Shown here: positions 1-14,484 of the stretch, in pieces | Layout: each line of letters starts with the position of its first letter | Numbering within the stretch: position 1 is the stretch's first letter | Source: Lama glama | Lineage: Eukaryota | Length of the DNA stretch: 64,000 nucleotides | Reading direction: 5' to 3' | NCBI GenBank assembly: GCA_028534125.1 | Contig: CM052817.1 | Coordinates: forward strand, 105,836,001 to 105,900,000 | Notes under the pieces: model-generated | Database searches by the model: none | Told to the model about the DNA's origin: nothing | Seen by the model: only the letters and a program-made list of their open reading frames with translations | Translations under genes and position numbers: made by a program

Positions 1-483
1 TGTAACAGGCAGTTAACTTGATTTGATTCAAACAGCAAACTGTCTGTAAAGAAATCCAAACCAGGTCTCCAGTCCTTAGCTGCTCAGTGGCTGCCCCGTA
101 TCCGTGTGGCTCAAGGGTAATCCAGATATTTAAACCGCTGATACACAGGTGGGGAGCTCTCCCTGGGCTCTGGCCTTCCCAGGATTGCTCCCTCATCGTT
201 CAGCCCTGTAGTTGTGCTCTTCTTCATGCCAGAAAGACTTCACAGATTTTCTCATGAAAATTGAGCCACCCATCAGTGCTGCCAGCAGCCTGCCTCAGGC
301 TGAAAGTCAGAGAAACTGGAAACTCACTCAGAGACACTCCCTTCATCCAGCGGCCAGCCATAGCCTGCCTGCTTTTCTTCACTCTCCAGCATCTTCAGGT
401 AGTTGTTGTTAGCACTTAATTGAGTGTCAATTTATTCACTGCAAATGTTGCTCCTGGGGGACCTACTAGGTTAGCTGCTAAGT

Positions 484-992
484 TGTTGGCTGAAATAAAT
501 GCACCATCTTAAAGTTGAGAGTCATATTTTCTTAAGTGGATGTTTCTGAGGACTCAGACCCCTTGAACCTGGTATGCCAGCCTCGCAGATTACCCTGAGG
601 GACTGCTCCGAAGAGACAGGGGAAGAGCCAGGGTATACAGGAGCTTTTACAACAAAGACCAGGCAGTTGGAACATCAAAAGATTATTGCTAATTAAAGGA
701 ACCCAGATATCTCAAGTTAAGGAATTTAGTGTTTTTCTTTTTATGGGAAGGTGCAAAGATCTGGGCTTATAGAAACCATTCCCTTGATGTGCATCTGAGC
801 TCTCTAGGGCCAGTGTCCTGTTCTTTTCCATCCTGAGTTCCCTCAGGGGGCACCATTGTGGGTGGAAGCAGAGGCCAGGCTGCCTGCTTGTCTGCATCCT
901 GCTCGCTGTCGGGGGTGACAGTAACAGCTGATGACTTAATGGCCACAGCATCCTTTGTTTACTGATAAAGCCGGCAATAATTTTTGTTCACA
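484..992 (-). mobile_element. ERV1-class solo LTR (MER41-like)
   Basis: Starts TG (484), ends CA (992), and is flanked by a perfect 4-bp TSD AAGT (480-483, 993-996). Internal motifs (gactgctccgaagag, atctcaagttaaggaatttagtg) resemble MER41-type LTRs. Confidence 0.85.
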
Positions 993-1599
993 AAGTGTAG
1001 GCACTTCCTAGTCTCTTGATTAAGAGCGTAGGGGGTTACTGATTCCTCAGAGCTAATGGATTATAGAAGACCCCATTCTATCCTGCCCAGGTTTTGAGTT
1101 TGGCCCTTTTGCTCCATCCTACACATTTTCACTGTGCTGTGTGGCCAGCTCTTCCTAAGCCCACTGCCCCCGCATCAGGGAATGTGTGCATGGTAAGCAC
1201 TGTGACACTGTAGGAGCTTTCACTTTGTCTTTCTCATCCAGACCTCTCACTTGATGTGCCACCCTAGAATTCATAAAATGAGCCCAGGGTAAATTCGACC
1301 TGTTTTATGGATTGACTATTTTCCAAACTGTCAAGCTAGTCCCAAGTAACTTTAAAGATTTTTAACTTTTCTCCTCTCCTTAGTGGAGATTGTCTTTCTG
1401 GGCAAATCTGATCATCATACTACACAGAGAGTTGGCAAATTCCCACTTGGGAGAAAAGATCTACTGATGATCAGATTACTTATGGAGATTTCTTTCTTCT
1501 CTACTATTTTAATTACATTTAGTTAATCTGATTTCTCTATTTTAGTATTCATTATTTCTACCATCTTCTGATATTTTTAAAATTTAATTTTGCCAACAC

Positions 1600-3738
1600 T
1601 CATTTATGAAAATAACTCTCAGCAAACTAGGTATGGGGGAGAACTTTCTCAACCTGATAAAGGCTATCTACAAAAAAAGTTATAAAACTGACAAAACTAA
1701 CATCACCCTTAATGGTGAGAAATAGATGTTTTCTGTTAACCTCAGAAACAAGGAAGAAATGTACCTTCCCCTATTCTTATTCAACACGATACTGAATGTC
1801 CTTGACAATGCAATAAGACAAGACAAATAAATAAAAGGTATAGATATTGGAAAGGAAGATAAAACTATCTTTGTTCACAGATCACATTATTGTCTCTGTA
1901 GAAAATCCTAATGAATTCACAAAATTTCCTGAAACTAAGAATCAATTATAGCAGGGATGCAAAACACAAGGAATTAAACTAAGTCAGTCACTTTCCTATA
2001 TATAGCTATGAGCAATTGAAATTTGAATTTGAAATTAAAAATACAACCCATTTACATTAGCATCACGAAATGAATAATGCAGATACAACTCAAAAAATGT
2101 ATAAGATATATATGAAAAAAACTGCAAGACTATAATGAAGTGAATTAAAAAGATATAAATAAGTGGAGAAATATTTCATGTTTATGAATACTCATTGATG
2201 TTACGATGCCAGTTCTTCTCAAGGGTATCTATAAAATCAACACAGCCTCAACACCCAAGCAAGTTTATGCGTATCTACAAACTGATTCTAAAGTCTACAT
2301 GGAAATCCAAAGACCCAGTATAGTCAGTAAAATGTTTAAGAAGAATAACATCAAAGAACTGGTACCATCCAACTTCAAGGCTTACTCTAAAGCGACAGTA
2401 ATCAAGAGAGTATGATATTGGTGAAAAGACAGACAGGTCAATGGAACAGAATAGAAAGCCTAGAAGTAGAACCACAATACAGTCAGCCAAACTTTGCCAA
2501 AGGAGCAGAGACAATCAAATGGGGAAAGTATAATCATTTTGACAAATGGTACTGGAACATCTGGAGATTCATGTGCAAAAAAAAAATAAAAATAAAAAAA
2601 ATAAAAATCTAGACTTGGGCCTTCCACCTTTCATAGAAATTAATTCAAAACGAATTATAGACTAAATGTAAAACAAACTGTAAACGTTCTAGAAGATAAC
2701 AGAGGGGAAAATCTAGGTGATCTTGGGTAAGCAATGAATTTTTTTGGATACAACACTAAAAGCATGATAATGAAAGAAAAAATGATTAGTTGGGCCTCAT
2801 TAGAATTAAAACTGTATGCTCTCTGAAAGATCATGTTAAAAGAGTGACAAGGAACAAACTAGAAAAATATTTGCAAAACATATATAATGAAGTACTTGCA
2901 TTCAAAAAAACCTCTTAAAACTCAACAGTAAGAAATCAAGTAGTTCCATTAAAAAGGTGGCAAAATATATGAATGACACTTCAGCAAAGAGCATATACAG
3001 ATGCTAAATAATCATATGAAACTATGTTCAACATCATATATTGTTAAGGAATTACAAATTGCAAATAACAATGAGATACCATTCTGTCTGTTAGAATCGC
3101 TAAAATCTAAAACACTAACAATATTAATTTTTTGATGTTTGATTTGGGTGACTTTTATGTTGTTTGCCACATTGGAAGACAATTTGGCCATTTCTTACAA
3201 AGGTAAGTATACTCTCACCATCTGATCCAGTAATCACACTCCTTGATATTTACCCAAGTGAGTCAAAGACTTATGTCTACACAAGAATCTGCACACGTAT
3301 GTTTATAGTAGCTTTATCACAATGGTCAAAATTTGGAAGCCATCAAGATGTCCTTTAATAGGTGAGTGGGTAAACAAACTATGTATCTCCCCATGATCAA
3401 ATCTTATTCAGCAAAAAAAAAATATGAGCTATCAAGCCATGAAAAGGTGTGGAGAAACATTAAGAGCATGTTGCTAAGAGAAAGAAGCCAATCTTAAAAG
3501 GCCTCTTACTATATGGTTACAACTATATGATATATTGGAAAAGGCAAAATTACAGTGACAGTAAGAAGATCAGTGATTGCTTAGGACTAGGAGAAGGGTT
3601 GAAGGATAAACGGGTGAAGTACAGAGGATTTTTAGGATAGTGAAATTATTCTACAGAAAACTTCAGTGGCAGATACATGACATTATGCATTAGACAAAAC
3701 CCATAAAACTGTATAACACCAAGAGTGAATGCTAATGC

Positions 3739-3780
<42 letters not shown>

Positions 3781-3910
3781 GATATATATATAAGTTAATA
3801 ATAATATATTAATATTTGTTCATCAGTTTTAGCAAATGTAACACATCAATTCAAACTATTAATAATAGGGGAAAATATCTAACAAATAAAATCTGTTAAT
3901 TAAAAAAATA
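1600..3910 (+). mobile_element. Old 5'-truncated L1 (L1MC-like): decayed ORF2 3' half plus 3' UTR
   Basis: Broken ORF2 frames (e.g. WNRIESLEVEP, FDKWYW in ORF 2412-2612) are followed by an L1MC-type 3' UTR and an A-rich end. Many stops and frameshifts. Confidence 0.9.
3742..3790. repeat. (TA)n/(CA)n microsatellite in the L1 3' UTR
   Basis: Direct reading. Confidence 0.95.
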
Positions 3911-4248
3911 CACATATATAGTAAATGCAAAAAACTAAGTTCTGTAAGTTGTCAAGTTTTTGTTTTTTTTTTTCCATCGCTAATGTTTGCCTGTCACAGC
4001 CTACTACATCTTACTCCTGAGTAGAAGTCTCAAATAAGGGAATTTTAAAGTAATATCTGAATAAGTTACCCTATGGAAGACTTTCAGGTCTTAATCTCTG
4101 CAATCTAATGGCACATAGACAAGCATGGTGTAAGTATGCTTCAAAGAGTGAGAACAGATATTTGGTGCAACTGGTTGTGTCACTGCTAAAATATTTACTG
4201 CGTGACAGAATCTATAAAATGGCTTCTACTAATCCCACTTAGACCATG

Positions 4249-4417
4249 GTTTGTTTGTTTTTAAGCATTTTATTTATTATTGTATTATTTAAGTATTTTA
4301 TTTTGGGAGGGGGTGACTAGGTTTATTTATTTTAGAGGAGGTATCGGGGATTGAACCCTGGGACTACATACATGCAAAGCACGTGCTCTACCACTAAGCT
4401 ATACCCTCCTCCTCCCC
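4249..4417 (-). mobile_element. tRNA-derived camelid SINE (Vic-1-like)
   Basis: The reverse complement reads ggggagg..gtatagcttagtggtagagcacgtgc..cagggttcaatcccc (pol III A/B boxes), followed by an A-rich tail. Confidence 0.85.
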
Positions 4418-4519
4418 TAGTTGTGTCTTGAATACTTGAATTTAAGTTGTGGTTACACAACTTACATTATGTCACACAGGGACATTATTTAACAGTAGTA
4501 ATCCATAGTATTTTCAATC

Positions 4520-6085
4520 TAGTTTAGGTTTTCAAATGGTTTTAGATTTACAAACAAATTGAATACAGTGTGTAGAGTTCTCAATAATCCTGTACAAAAT
4601 TTGCCCTAACATCAGTATCTTACATTAGTATATTACATTTGTTATAATCATTTAAGCAATATTGACACATACTCATCCACTAAAGTCCATAGTTTATTCA
4701 GATATCCTTAGTTCTTACCTAACTTTCTTTCACCCTTCCAGGATCTCATCCAGGACGCATTATATTTAATTGTCATGTCTTTTTGGGCTCATCTTGTCTG
4801 TGACAGTTTCTCTGACTTTGCTTTTGTGACTTTGCTAGACGTGGGAAGTGCTGGTCTGATATTTAGTATCACTCACTTCTGCTGGAGTTTATACATTCAT
4901 TTTTCATAACTATATTGAAACTATGGTGTTTTGTGAGGAAAATCACAGATAGTGCCATTTTCACACATCATATCAGGCAAACACATTCCCATCATTACTT
5001 ATAATTGTGGATGTTGACCTTGGTCACCTCCCTGAGCTAGTATTTGTCAGGTGGCCCTACTGTAAAGTTGTTTTCCCCCACCTCACCTTTTCCACACTGT
5101 TCTCTTTGGAAGAAAGCCATTATGGACAGCTTGCCTTCAAGGAGCAGTGAGTTACACTTCACCTTGCTGAGGTTGAAGAATTTGCATAAATTATTGTTTC
5201 TTCTCTGCATAAACGATTTATCATTCCTCACTCATGTATTTATTTTTCAGTCTTTTATTTACATCAGTATAAAGTTACGGATACTTATTTTATAATTTGG
5301 GTTATAATCCAATGCCACTTTGTTTAATTTTTCATCAATTTTTATAGCTTTGACTATTGCTATTACTGAGTCCGAACTCGATCTGCTCCCTCCATGACAG
5401 GCCAATAAATTGGGAGAGGTTTGAATAACAACTTTATTCAGAAAGCCAACAGACAGAGAAGATGGAGGACTGATGTCCTAAAGAATCATCTTCCCCAAGT
5501 CAGAATTCAGGGTCCTTTTATACTAAAAGGGGAGAGGGTGTGGTTGGTTGTTGCAAACCTCTTGGTGTTGAAATCCTTTGTTCTTGCAGCTGTCCATGTG
5601 GGTCAGGTCACAGTGTCCCTGTAAAACCTCCAAATATTACTCTCTGTTCTGCAACATTTTGTCTCTATGTTACACTCTTTAAAGTCAGAGCCTTGAGGAT
5701 GGGCTCTCCTGTGTATTTCAGGCTCCAGGCAACATTCTCTTACAAAAGGTGCAGAACCAGCATGACTGAGCCCAGGAAACAGAGCGCAGGGTTAGAGCCA
5801 AAGGAACAGATCTGATATGGAGTCAGATTTGTTCTTCCCTCCTGCATTGTGAGCTCTTTCAGTTGGCTTTTTGCCCCTTTGACCCACTCCCATCAATATG
5901 TTTTGTTTTTGTTTTCGAGCACTTCCTTACTTTCTGAAACTCCAGCATGCTCCAGGTTCATATTGTTTATTTCCATCCCCAATCCTAGAAGTAGTCATTT
6001 CTCTAAGAAGCTGTGGAAACTTTTATGGGAGAATGATACTGTAAACAAAGATCTGGGTGTTAGAAATGCTTATTACCACTGGGGT
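4520..6085 (-). mobile_element. Old L1 3' UTR (L1MC/MD-like), split by the LTR at 5361-5846
   Basis: Typical antisense L1M 3' UTR motifs (actaaagtccatagtttattcagat; gagctctttcagttggct) continue on both sides of the LTR. Confidence 0.75.
5361..5846 (-). mobile_element. ERV1-class solo LTR nested in L1
   Basis: Ends are T(A)TTAC..TGCA with a near-TSD TTGC/TTGT. The minus strand has TATAAAAG (~5515-5522) and AATAAA (~5433-5438) in LTR order. Confidence 0.8.
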
Positions 6086-8073
6086 GTCATTTTTAGGTCA
6101 TGGCTAGTATTTTTATGTGAGAAAGAAAAAAATACGCTGAGTCACATTATTATCAAAATGATATAATAATAGAAGAAAGAACCAAGATTTAAACTCGAGT
6201 AAAGCAAAATAAGGAGATATGAAGGAGCTAGTTGGAACACAAATTTTATAGCAAGCTCTTTTTCCAGTGAATGGGCAACTGGAGAGTTGTTTTGTTCATT
6301 AGTTATTAGGTTGGTTAGTTTTGGTTTGTCCCAGAAGCAGAAAACTGCAGGAACTCTTGGGTTCAGTGACATAAACGTAACTGTCACCTCAAACTGAAGA
6401 ACTGTTTTCTATATGACATCTCTAAGATGACCCACTTTGCCAACTGCAAGCAACTTGGAATTCTAAGAGTTTAGCATATTGCCCTGATCCTGGCATTTTC
6501 CATGCTGATTTTTTACCTACCATATCTGCTTTGGAACGAGAATGCTTCTGTTCCTTGAGATTATTATGACTCCTCTAATCACATTTAAAGCATAAATAAT
6601 TAGTACATGACACAAACTTATCAGGAATGTATTTAAGAAATGCATTGCTAATACGTTTATCTAGAAAAGAAATCAGTGGTGGTTAACCTCTTATAAATTA
6701 TTTACTACATAATAATTGTTTTCCATTCCTAATGATAATTCATGCTAGAAAGAAAGAAAAGAGACATCCTCTAAAGCTGCTTTCAGTAAAATTTGTTATA
6801 AATAAGAAAAGGACTTCTGTGTCATAATTTCTAAATCCGAAAACCACAAAAATTGACCAATAAAAATAAAAACCCACAAATGGAGAAAAAAATAAACAGA
6901 AAGTAAAACTGAAGTTGTCTAAAATTACATACTCTAAAATTAGTACTTAAAACTTTACAGAATGAAGCCTTCTTATGAAATTTGTGTCTGTGAAATGTGA
7001 CAGCAAAATAAGACTTCTTTGGACTCAGGGACCAAAAATAATATTCACAATGGTACAAATTATAAATTAAAATTGGCATGAACCAAAATTCTTATTGAAT
7101 ATTTATTTGAGAATTAACATAGCAAATAAGGGATCTCAAATAATTTTGTGTAAATAAGAAGAAAATGTGTTTAATCAATTTTTTGAAAAAATAACTGTTT
7201 TGATTTAATAGATTTAGATGCAAAAAAAATAATTTTTTCCTCAATATTGTAAAGTGTTTGCATTATTTTGATAAAATATTAGTTTTCAAATGTCTCCATT
7301 AAATATTTTTGGGCAAAAAAACCAATAAAGTCATTTTATTCCTAAACGTGAAAACAGCAGATTTTGAAACATTTCTGTATTCAGAGCTTTCTGTAGGTCA
7401 ACAAAAAAATTCATTAGCATTTAGACTATCTGAATTTCCATTTATAGAATACCAACATATAAAATAAAGGTATTGAAATAAGAAAATCTTTAAGAGTCAA
7501 TTTTAGAATATAAGTAAATTAGGACTATGGTAAATTTATCTATTTTTCATGTTATAAAGAATAAAATGAAACCATGGAAGGAGGGTACTGAAACAAATAC
7601 TTAAGTAAAGATGGAATATATTCATATATGTGTGAACTGAAACCAGTTTAATCAGTTAAACTTATAGGCAGAGACTAGTTTCATCCAACAATATGACATA
7701 GTATTTTATATTTTTGTAGAATATACAATCTCTATCCTGTTTCTAGAAAAACAACCTTTTGAAGTTGTTACATATTTTATTATGCAAAAGTTTAGAAACA
7801 AATATGGAACCTCTTATGTACTGAAAAATAAATGAAAATAATATACATTTTTACATACATTTTTGTGATTTGTTCCTTCCTAAACAGTGGAAAGTCAGGT
7901 GAAATTATTTCCCAAGAAATTTACTCCATAACATAAATTTCTCTAAGGGGCATCCAAGCCATTATTTGCAAATGCCATTGATTCATGTTTTCATTTAAAC
8001 AATGGTTTATATTAATTTCTATGCATATTGTGTAGCTGTTTTAGTTAGTGATTTAACAAGAATATTTTATGCC

Positions 8074-8933
8074 TACAATGAGGTAGCACCTCATACCAGT
8101 CAGAATAGCCATTACTAAAATATCTACAAGTAATAAATGCTGGAAAGAGTGTGAAGAAAAAGGAACCCTCCTACACTGTTGATGGGAATGTAAATTTATG
8201 CAACCACTATGGACAGCAGTATGGAGATTCCAAAAGAAACTAAAAATATACTTACCATATGATCCAGCAATCCCACTCCTGGGCATATATCCAGGGGGAA
8301 CTCTAATTGGAAAAGATACATGCACCCCAGTGTTCACAGCAACATGATTTACAATAGTCAAGACATGGAAACAACCTAAATGTCCATCAACAGATGACTG
8401 GATAAAGAAGTTATGGTGTATATGTGTATATATATATACATATATACATACACACACACACACACACACACAATGGAATACTACTTAGCCATAAAAAGAA
8501 TAAAATAATGCTATTTGCAGCAACATGGATGGACCTGGTGATCATCATTCTAAGTGAAGTAAGACACAAAGAGAAAGAAAAATACCGTATGATATAATTT
8601 ATATGTGGTATCTAAAAAAACAAGACACAAATGAACTTTTTAACAGAACAGAAGCAGACTCACAGACGTAGACAGCAATCTTATGGTTACCAGAGAGGAA
8701 AGGGAGTGGGAAGGGATGAATTGAGAATTCAAGATTTGCAAATACTAACTACCATATATAAAATAGGTAAACAACAAGTTTCTCCTATATAGCACAGTGA
8801 ACTATATCCAGTGTCTTGTAGTAACCTATAATGAAAAATAATATGAAAAGGAATATATGTATGTATATATATATATGGCTGAAACATAATGCTGTACACC
8901 AGAAATTGACACATTGATTATACTTCAATAAAA
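8074..8933 (+). mobile_element. L1 3' end (ORF2 C-terminus + 3' UTR), relatively young artiodactyl-type
   Basis: Canonical L1 motifs (gatccagcaatcccactcctgggcatatatcc; caacatggatggacctgg), an embedded TA/CA microsatellite, and an end at caataaaa. Confidence 0.92.
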
Positions 8934-10429
8934 GAAGTTTTACTTTTAGCACACAAAAATATATGTACATAATAGGTTAAAAGATGATTTCTTCTCCACT
9001 TTTTCCAAAAAAAAAAAAGAAATGTGGGCTTTTAGGTAATATTTATCCATCCTTATTATCTTAAGTTCAGTTAAATATTCTTATTCCTCCTCTTCCACTG
9101 CTAGTACTTATAAAACTTAAGGTTTATGGTTATGGGTTTAATATTGAGCCAGAAAAGAGCAGTATTTTCTTAAACTATTTCCAGATAAAGGAGAATTATT
9201 TTCAGAGTACTTAGAATAATCATCAACCCCTCTAATAAAGACAATCACATTTTCTGGGAATTTATTTTTTTGGCAGTAATTCGTAGAGCCATATGGGTAG
9301 CTTTATTTTCTCCTGGCTTCAGCTCCCATTGTTTCCTTTTTTCCCCTTAAGGATGCCTTCGATGTCTTGTTTATACTCTTTCAGATAGTTTCAGGGTCCA
9401 ATGAGCTATTGCAACACTATGGCATTGACAATAACTAAAAGTTTTCTCACCTTGAAATGACAGATAAGTGTGAATATATATTCATGATCTAATGAATCTA
9501 CAATCATGTTTATGTACCAGCTGTTTGCTTTTCCTCAGCTGCTGTGATATATCTGGCTCTGAATTTTCTCCTGCTTTTTATTAACTCTCTTGAAAAAGGA
9601 AAAGAAATAAAAATTCCACAGGATGTGAAAAAAGTCCTTTGATAAATGCAAAGTTCTGATGTTATAACTTTTCAAATACATATGCACCACCATGAAACTC
9701 AATATTCTATGTGTCCAAAATACATCAAATACATTTATATTAATATTCCAACTTAGTTTAGATGGAGATTTTTAGTAAATAGGCAATATGTGACTACAAA
9801 TAAATAAAACTGATTAACATAAGGTATATTAAATAATCTTGTTTTCCATCGCATCTCACAATCAAAGCCCTCCTAGGTTAAACAAGTTTTATATTTTCCT
9901 TAATCCATTTTCTGCTGAATCTAATTTTCTGATTTCAACATAATACAGTTTCATACAGTTGCTAATATCTTAAATGAATGTACAAAAAAACCCAATAAAT
10001 ACTTTTGGTATGTTCAGAATTTAAATGGCAGAGAGAAGAAAATTAGTGTATTAATCTATTAGACCATTATTCTGAGGTAGGAAAATTTCTATCACCTTTA
10101 AACTAAAACCGGTCTGACCCATGTCAGTTGCTCATAACTTGCAGACAGCAATGTAAGCTTCCCCCTTGTTCATGGATTGTGGAAGTGTCGCTACACACCC
10201 CAGATTTCAGTGCATTCTTGGAGTCTCACATTTTCCTGGCTGCCTTAGCGTCTAAAACATTAATGACTAAAGAAACCCATCCACCCAAAGAACGTAGGTA
10301 CAACAGATGTCCAGAATGATTTGACAGCCATAGTAAAGTATACATTGAACAACCATCTCCCTGTTTCTCCTGTCGGTAAAACACTCTTCCCAATGTAAAA
10401 GGAAAAGTAAGAAATTCTCCTAAATGATT

Positions 10430-10560
10430 CATTAATTAATTCATTGATTTAACAAGCCTTTAATGAATACCTGCTAAGGAAAATACTTAACTAGATCCTC
10501 AGAATTCAGCAGAGAGAACAGAATAATTCTCTTTCCCATGAGAACTCAGTCTGCCTCATA
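10430..10560 (-). mobile_element. L2 3' end fragment
   Basis: attcattaattaattcattgatttaacaagcctttaatgaatacctgct matches the antisense L2 tail. Confidence 0.55.
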
Positions 10561-10976
10561 CTTAAAAGGTATGTAGTCACTTAATAACCACTTGCTATGA
10601 CTTTGTACATCCTGGAAACATGTCATCTACACACATGACTTTCTTTACCCCAAGAAATTAATGAGTTCAGAATCATATGATTTTATTTATTTAGCTATAA
10701 ATATGATGAGGGAAGAGTGGATTTTGCTATTTGACCAATTATTAATTGATGATACTTCTCTTATGTAAAATTAACTTACTATTATACTTTAATTTCCAAA
10801 TGTGCAATCAGAATTCCATGACATCATGACTCAATTATATATTTCCAATTTTGAAATCAAGGCATAAATTGTAATATTGAAGGTGCAATAAAAAAGAAAA
10901 TTTAATTGTTAAAATTTGTTCTCTAACTTAGCCTGGCTTTCATTAAATTTCTGATTATTTACTTGGGATAGATTTC

Positions 10977-11090
10977 TTTTTTTATTTTTAACATTTTATT
11001 TTTTGTTTTGGAGGGAGGTATTTAGATTTATTTATTTGCTTTATTTATTTTAATGGAGGTACTCGGGATTGAACCCAGGACCTCGTGTAT
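10977..11090 (-). mobile_element. 5'-truncated Vic-1-like SINE
   Basis: B-box region gggattgaacccaggacctcgtg, T-rich tail, TSD ggga(a)tagatttc at 10965-10976 and 11091-11103. Confidence 0.85.
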
Positions 11091-12194
11091 GGGAATAGAT
11101 TTCTAAATCGAGGTTATTTGAAAATATTTGACATTTAATACTAGTTTTTAACAGTAAAAAATTGAGTTCTTTCAATAGATTGCATATATAGATGTTTAGC
11201 CACAGGAACTAATTTTTAATAAAAGTGATTATTTGACGTATTTCCACTAGCTTCTGTGAGGATCATCTTATCACTTCCATCCTCTGATTTACATTATAAT
11301 TTAATTTTTTGTTAATTTAAAAAAAACATACAAAGAAGAATCTCACATTATGTAATATTTAAAATTTAATAATTATTTGATTGCTGGTGTGATTCAATAT
11401 ATTTTCATATGGTGATAATTTATTTTTTGTATACTGTCTACTTTATTATCCTTTGATATGTAACATATTCACATTAAAAAAAAATAACAGAATGGCTTTA
11501 ACAAGATGCAGTCACCTCCTGCCAAAGTTACCTATTCCTCTTCCGCTGGTAATTTCATTTGACTGGTGTGTTAGTTACCACCATGTATCAAAGTCATGTG
11601 TCTTCTCACCTGTGCTGGATTTATCAGTTTCAGATATTAGCTATTCCTTGACTGTTATAACAGATGAGAACTTAGCTCATTTATTTCATCTTGCACCTTC
11701 CCTCCTGCCAAGTCTCTTATCATATTTCTAACCCTATTGGAATTTATCTTTTGGTTGCTTGAAAATTTTTAATACTTTGTTACATTTATATTTCACTTTT
11801 GTTAACTATTATTTAACTCCGTATTTTGGAAGACAGGGGCATTATGAACACTACTCTTTTTTAAGCTTTGCTCCCCTGCTCCAAACTCTTAACACCTGTG
11901 ATGCAATAATGCTAAGTCTTCTAGGTTTATGACCTATAAACACAGCATAACGTTGTCTACTGTTAGTGTAGAGGTAAGAAGACAGAAACAAAGTTTACAG
12001 TACATTTGTGTAGAAAAATTTCCCCATGGAGCCTAGTCATATGTCTTATAAATAACTCTTTCCTGATACGCTTTTCAAAATTAATAATTTACCTTCATTT
12101 TTCAGGAAATACATGTCTATATATTAGCCAACTACTTTCCCAAACTTTCCAACTAATGAATTTCTATGGAGTCACTTTTTTACTTCTTTATTTT

Positions 12195-12402
12195 TAATTC
12201 TTATTTTTATTGAAGTCTAGTTGATTTATAATGTTAGTTTCGGGTGTACAGCAAAGCAATTCAGTTATACATATGCATACATATGTGTATATATATATAT
12301 ATTTGCAGATTGTTTTCCATTACAGCTCATTACAAGAAAATGAATCTAGTTCTCTGTGCTCTACAGTAGGTCCTTGTTGTTTGTCTATTTTATATACAGT
12401 AA
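12195..12402 (-). mobile_element. L1 3' terminal fragment
   Basis: Antisense L1 end: ttttattgaagtctagttgattt..ctgtgctctacagtaggtccttgttg. Confidence 0.85.
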
Positions 12403-12714
12403 TGTGGAGTTGTCTTTATTGGCTAAATCCACCCTCTCTCTTCACCGTTTATTTTTCTGCTTCAATATGATGTTTACCTTCTCAGCCACTCAGCCGTCAT
12501 TCTGGGAATCTTTTCTCATCTAGTTTCACACTTTTCTGGATCCATTTTTTTCTTCTCTTCTTTTGTCATCCTTTCATTAGCCATAGCATCCCCTGACTAC
12601 CTTCCTGCAATGAATTTATGGGATGAAATGTTTGAGTTTCTTAAAAATGCACTTATCTTTACCAGTAGAACTGACTGACATATTAGCTATGTGTAAAATT
12701 TTAAAATAGGAAGT

Positions 12715-12905
12715 GAAAATGATACCTCACACATATTGAGCACTTACTATCTCCTATGCTCCCTTCTAACTGCATGTTAATTTATTTAAAATTCAAAACA
12801 ACCCTCGATGAAGGTGGTGCTATATTGGCACAATTATCCAAGGTATAAACACAAAGTTTCAGTCACTCAGTGATGTTCACATAGCTAATAAATGGTATGG
12901 GCAAA
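12715..12905 (-). mobile_element. MIR SINE
   Basis: tattgagcacttacta..caaccct..ttcacatagctaataaatggt resembles antisense MIR. Confidence 0.6.
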
Positions 12906-14484
12906 CACTGGAAGATTTATTCCAGAAGTACATTTCCTAAACGTTATTTCCTAAAAGTTACATCCTGACTTTGCGTTGGGTGAGGGAGGTGGTCTCAGTT
13001 CCCATCTGATACTCTACCTCAGTTTTTCCAGGATCTCAGTGTAGCAGGGGCATTGTTTAAAGCTATACTACATGGTCTTGTCAGAGCAAATTTAATTGGC
13101 GAGAAAAATCAAGTTTCTTTGAATATATTTAACTTTCTCATCTCTGTATTTCTCTTTTCATTAATGTTTCCAAGCCACAAACGTCCTTTTTTCTTTTTTT
13201 TTTTTTTTAATGAGAAAGGAACCAAGTCTAAGTGTCCCCAGAACATGTGGTCCTTAGTTTTGGTTTCAGCATCTGAGAACACGCACAGATGCTGTCTTTA
13301 ATGTCCCTGGTCACTGGCTTTCCCCAGGGTATTTCTTGGCACTGACGGATGATAAATTGCTATCACTGTTCCTTTTGTTATTTATAAATGGAATTAGATT
13401 GAGCTATGTCTCCCAGTAGAAAGTCTAATTGCAATGCAATTTTCCATTCTCCCAGAAATGACCTGAAGGGGATACTTTTTTTCTTTAATTGAAGACTTCA
13501 GGCAACTTCAGACTTTCAATAACTTTATCACACAGTCATTGAAGCTGTGCACTCAGATGTCTATGGCTATTAGATCATAACACACACAAAACAACCATCT
13601 GTTGGTTTATCATGCAATAAATCTTTATTCAATACACACAAAAGGCACTTATATAATAATAACATTTTCTCTTCTTCTATTCATTTGACAAAGGTAATGA
13701 AAAGCCATCACTATGTTATAATGCCTGGGAAACACTTTGATTATTTTGTTTCTTTAAAAAACAAGTCAAATACAAACTAAGAATAGAATGCTAAGTTCTG
13801 CTCAGCCAGATCTTTCTTTGATCTTCTAGAAAGTAAGATCAGATCTGGTCTGATATTTGCTCTGATCAGTTGGATGTGTACGACAAAATATATTTCAAAG
13901 ATGTCTGAAGGAGCTGAAATGGGATGAAGAAAGGAAGGAGCTCATTTAAGGGAAGAATGGGTCAAAATAACTCCAAGGCTAAGACAGGAAAGATAGAGCA
14001 AATCTGTAGCTAACTAAGGAAGTAAAATAGGTAGCCTAAATATACAAATACACTTTAGATTTTCTGTTAAATTAGTATCGTCTACATTCCATTATAAACT
14101 GAAACATTTAAAATGTTTACTATGTTAAAAAAAAATTATGATCACTCAGGCACTGTTTTTGAGTTACCTTATATTCTAATCTTGTAGCAATCTAGTAATT
14201 ATACATGTAGATAATACAATAAATGTTACATATAATATGCATACACGTATGCATCTGTGTAGGGTATGCTTACCATATTGTTTATAGATTATAAATAAAT
14301 ATATATTATATATTATGTATTAATATTATATTACACATAATTATATATACCAATTGTACGTATGCTCAATTATGGATATTTTTAGTATTTACTATGTGAT
14401 AAATCAAGTTTTTAAAAAAAATTATCCATCACAAAACAACTTTGTCATATTTCTGCTTGTCTCATGTTCATCATTGGACTCCAG

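Noticed and set aside
6830..7430. AT-rich block with faint inverted similarity at its ends (possible old DNA transposon)
   Set aside because: The similarity is too weak to separate from chance in very AT-rich sequence.
8053..8469. 138-aa minus-strand ORF
   Set aside because: Antisense reading of an L1 3' region plus a CA microsatellite.
10100..10430. Coding-like stretch with ORFs on both strands
   Set aside because: All frames close quickly, and no protein or repeat family was recognised.
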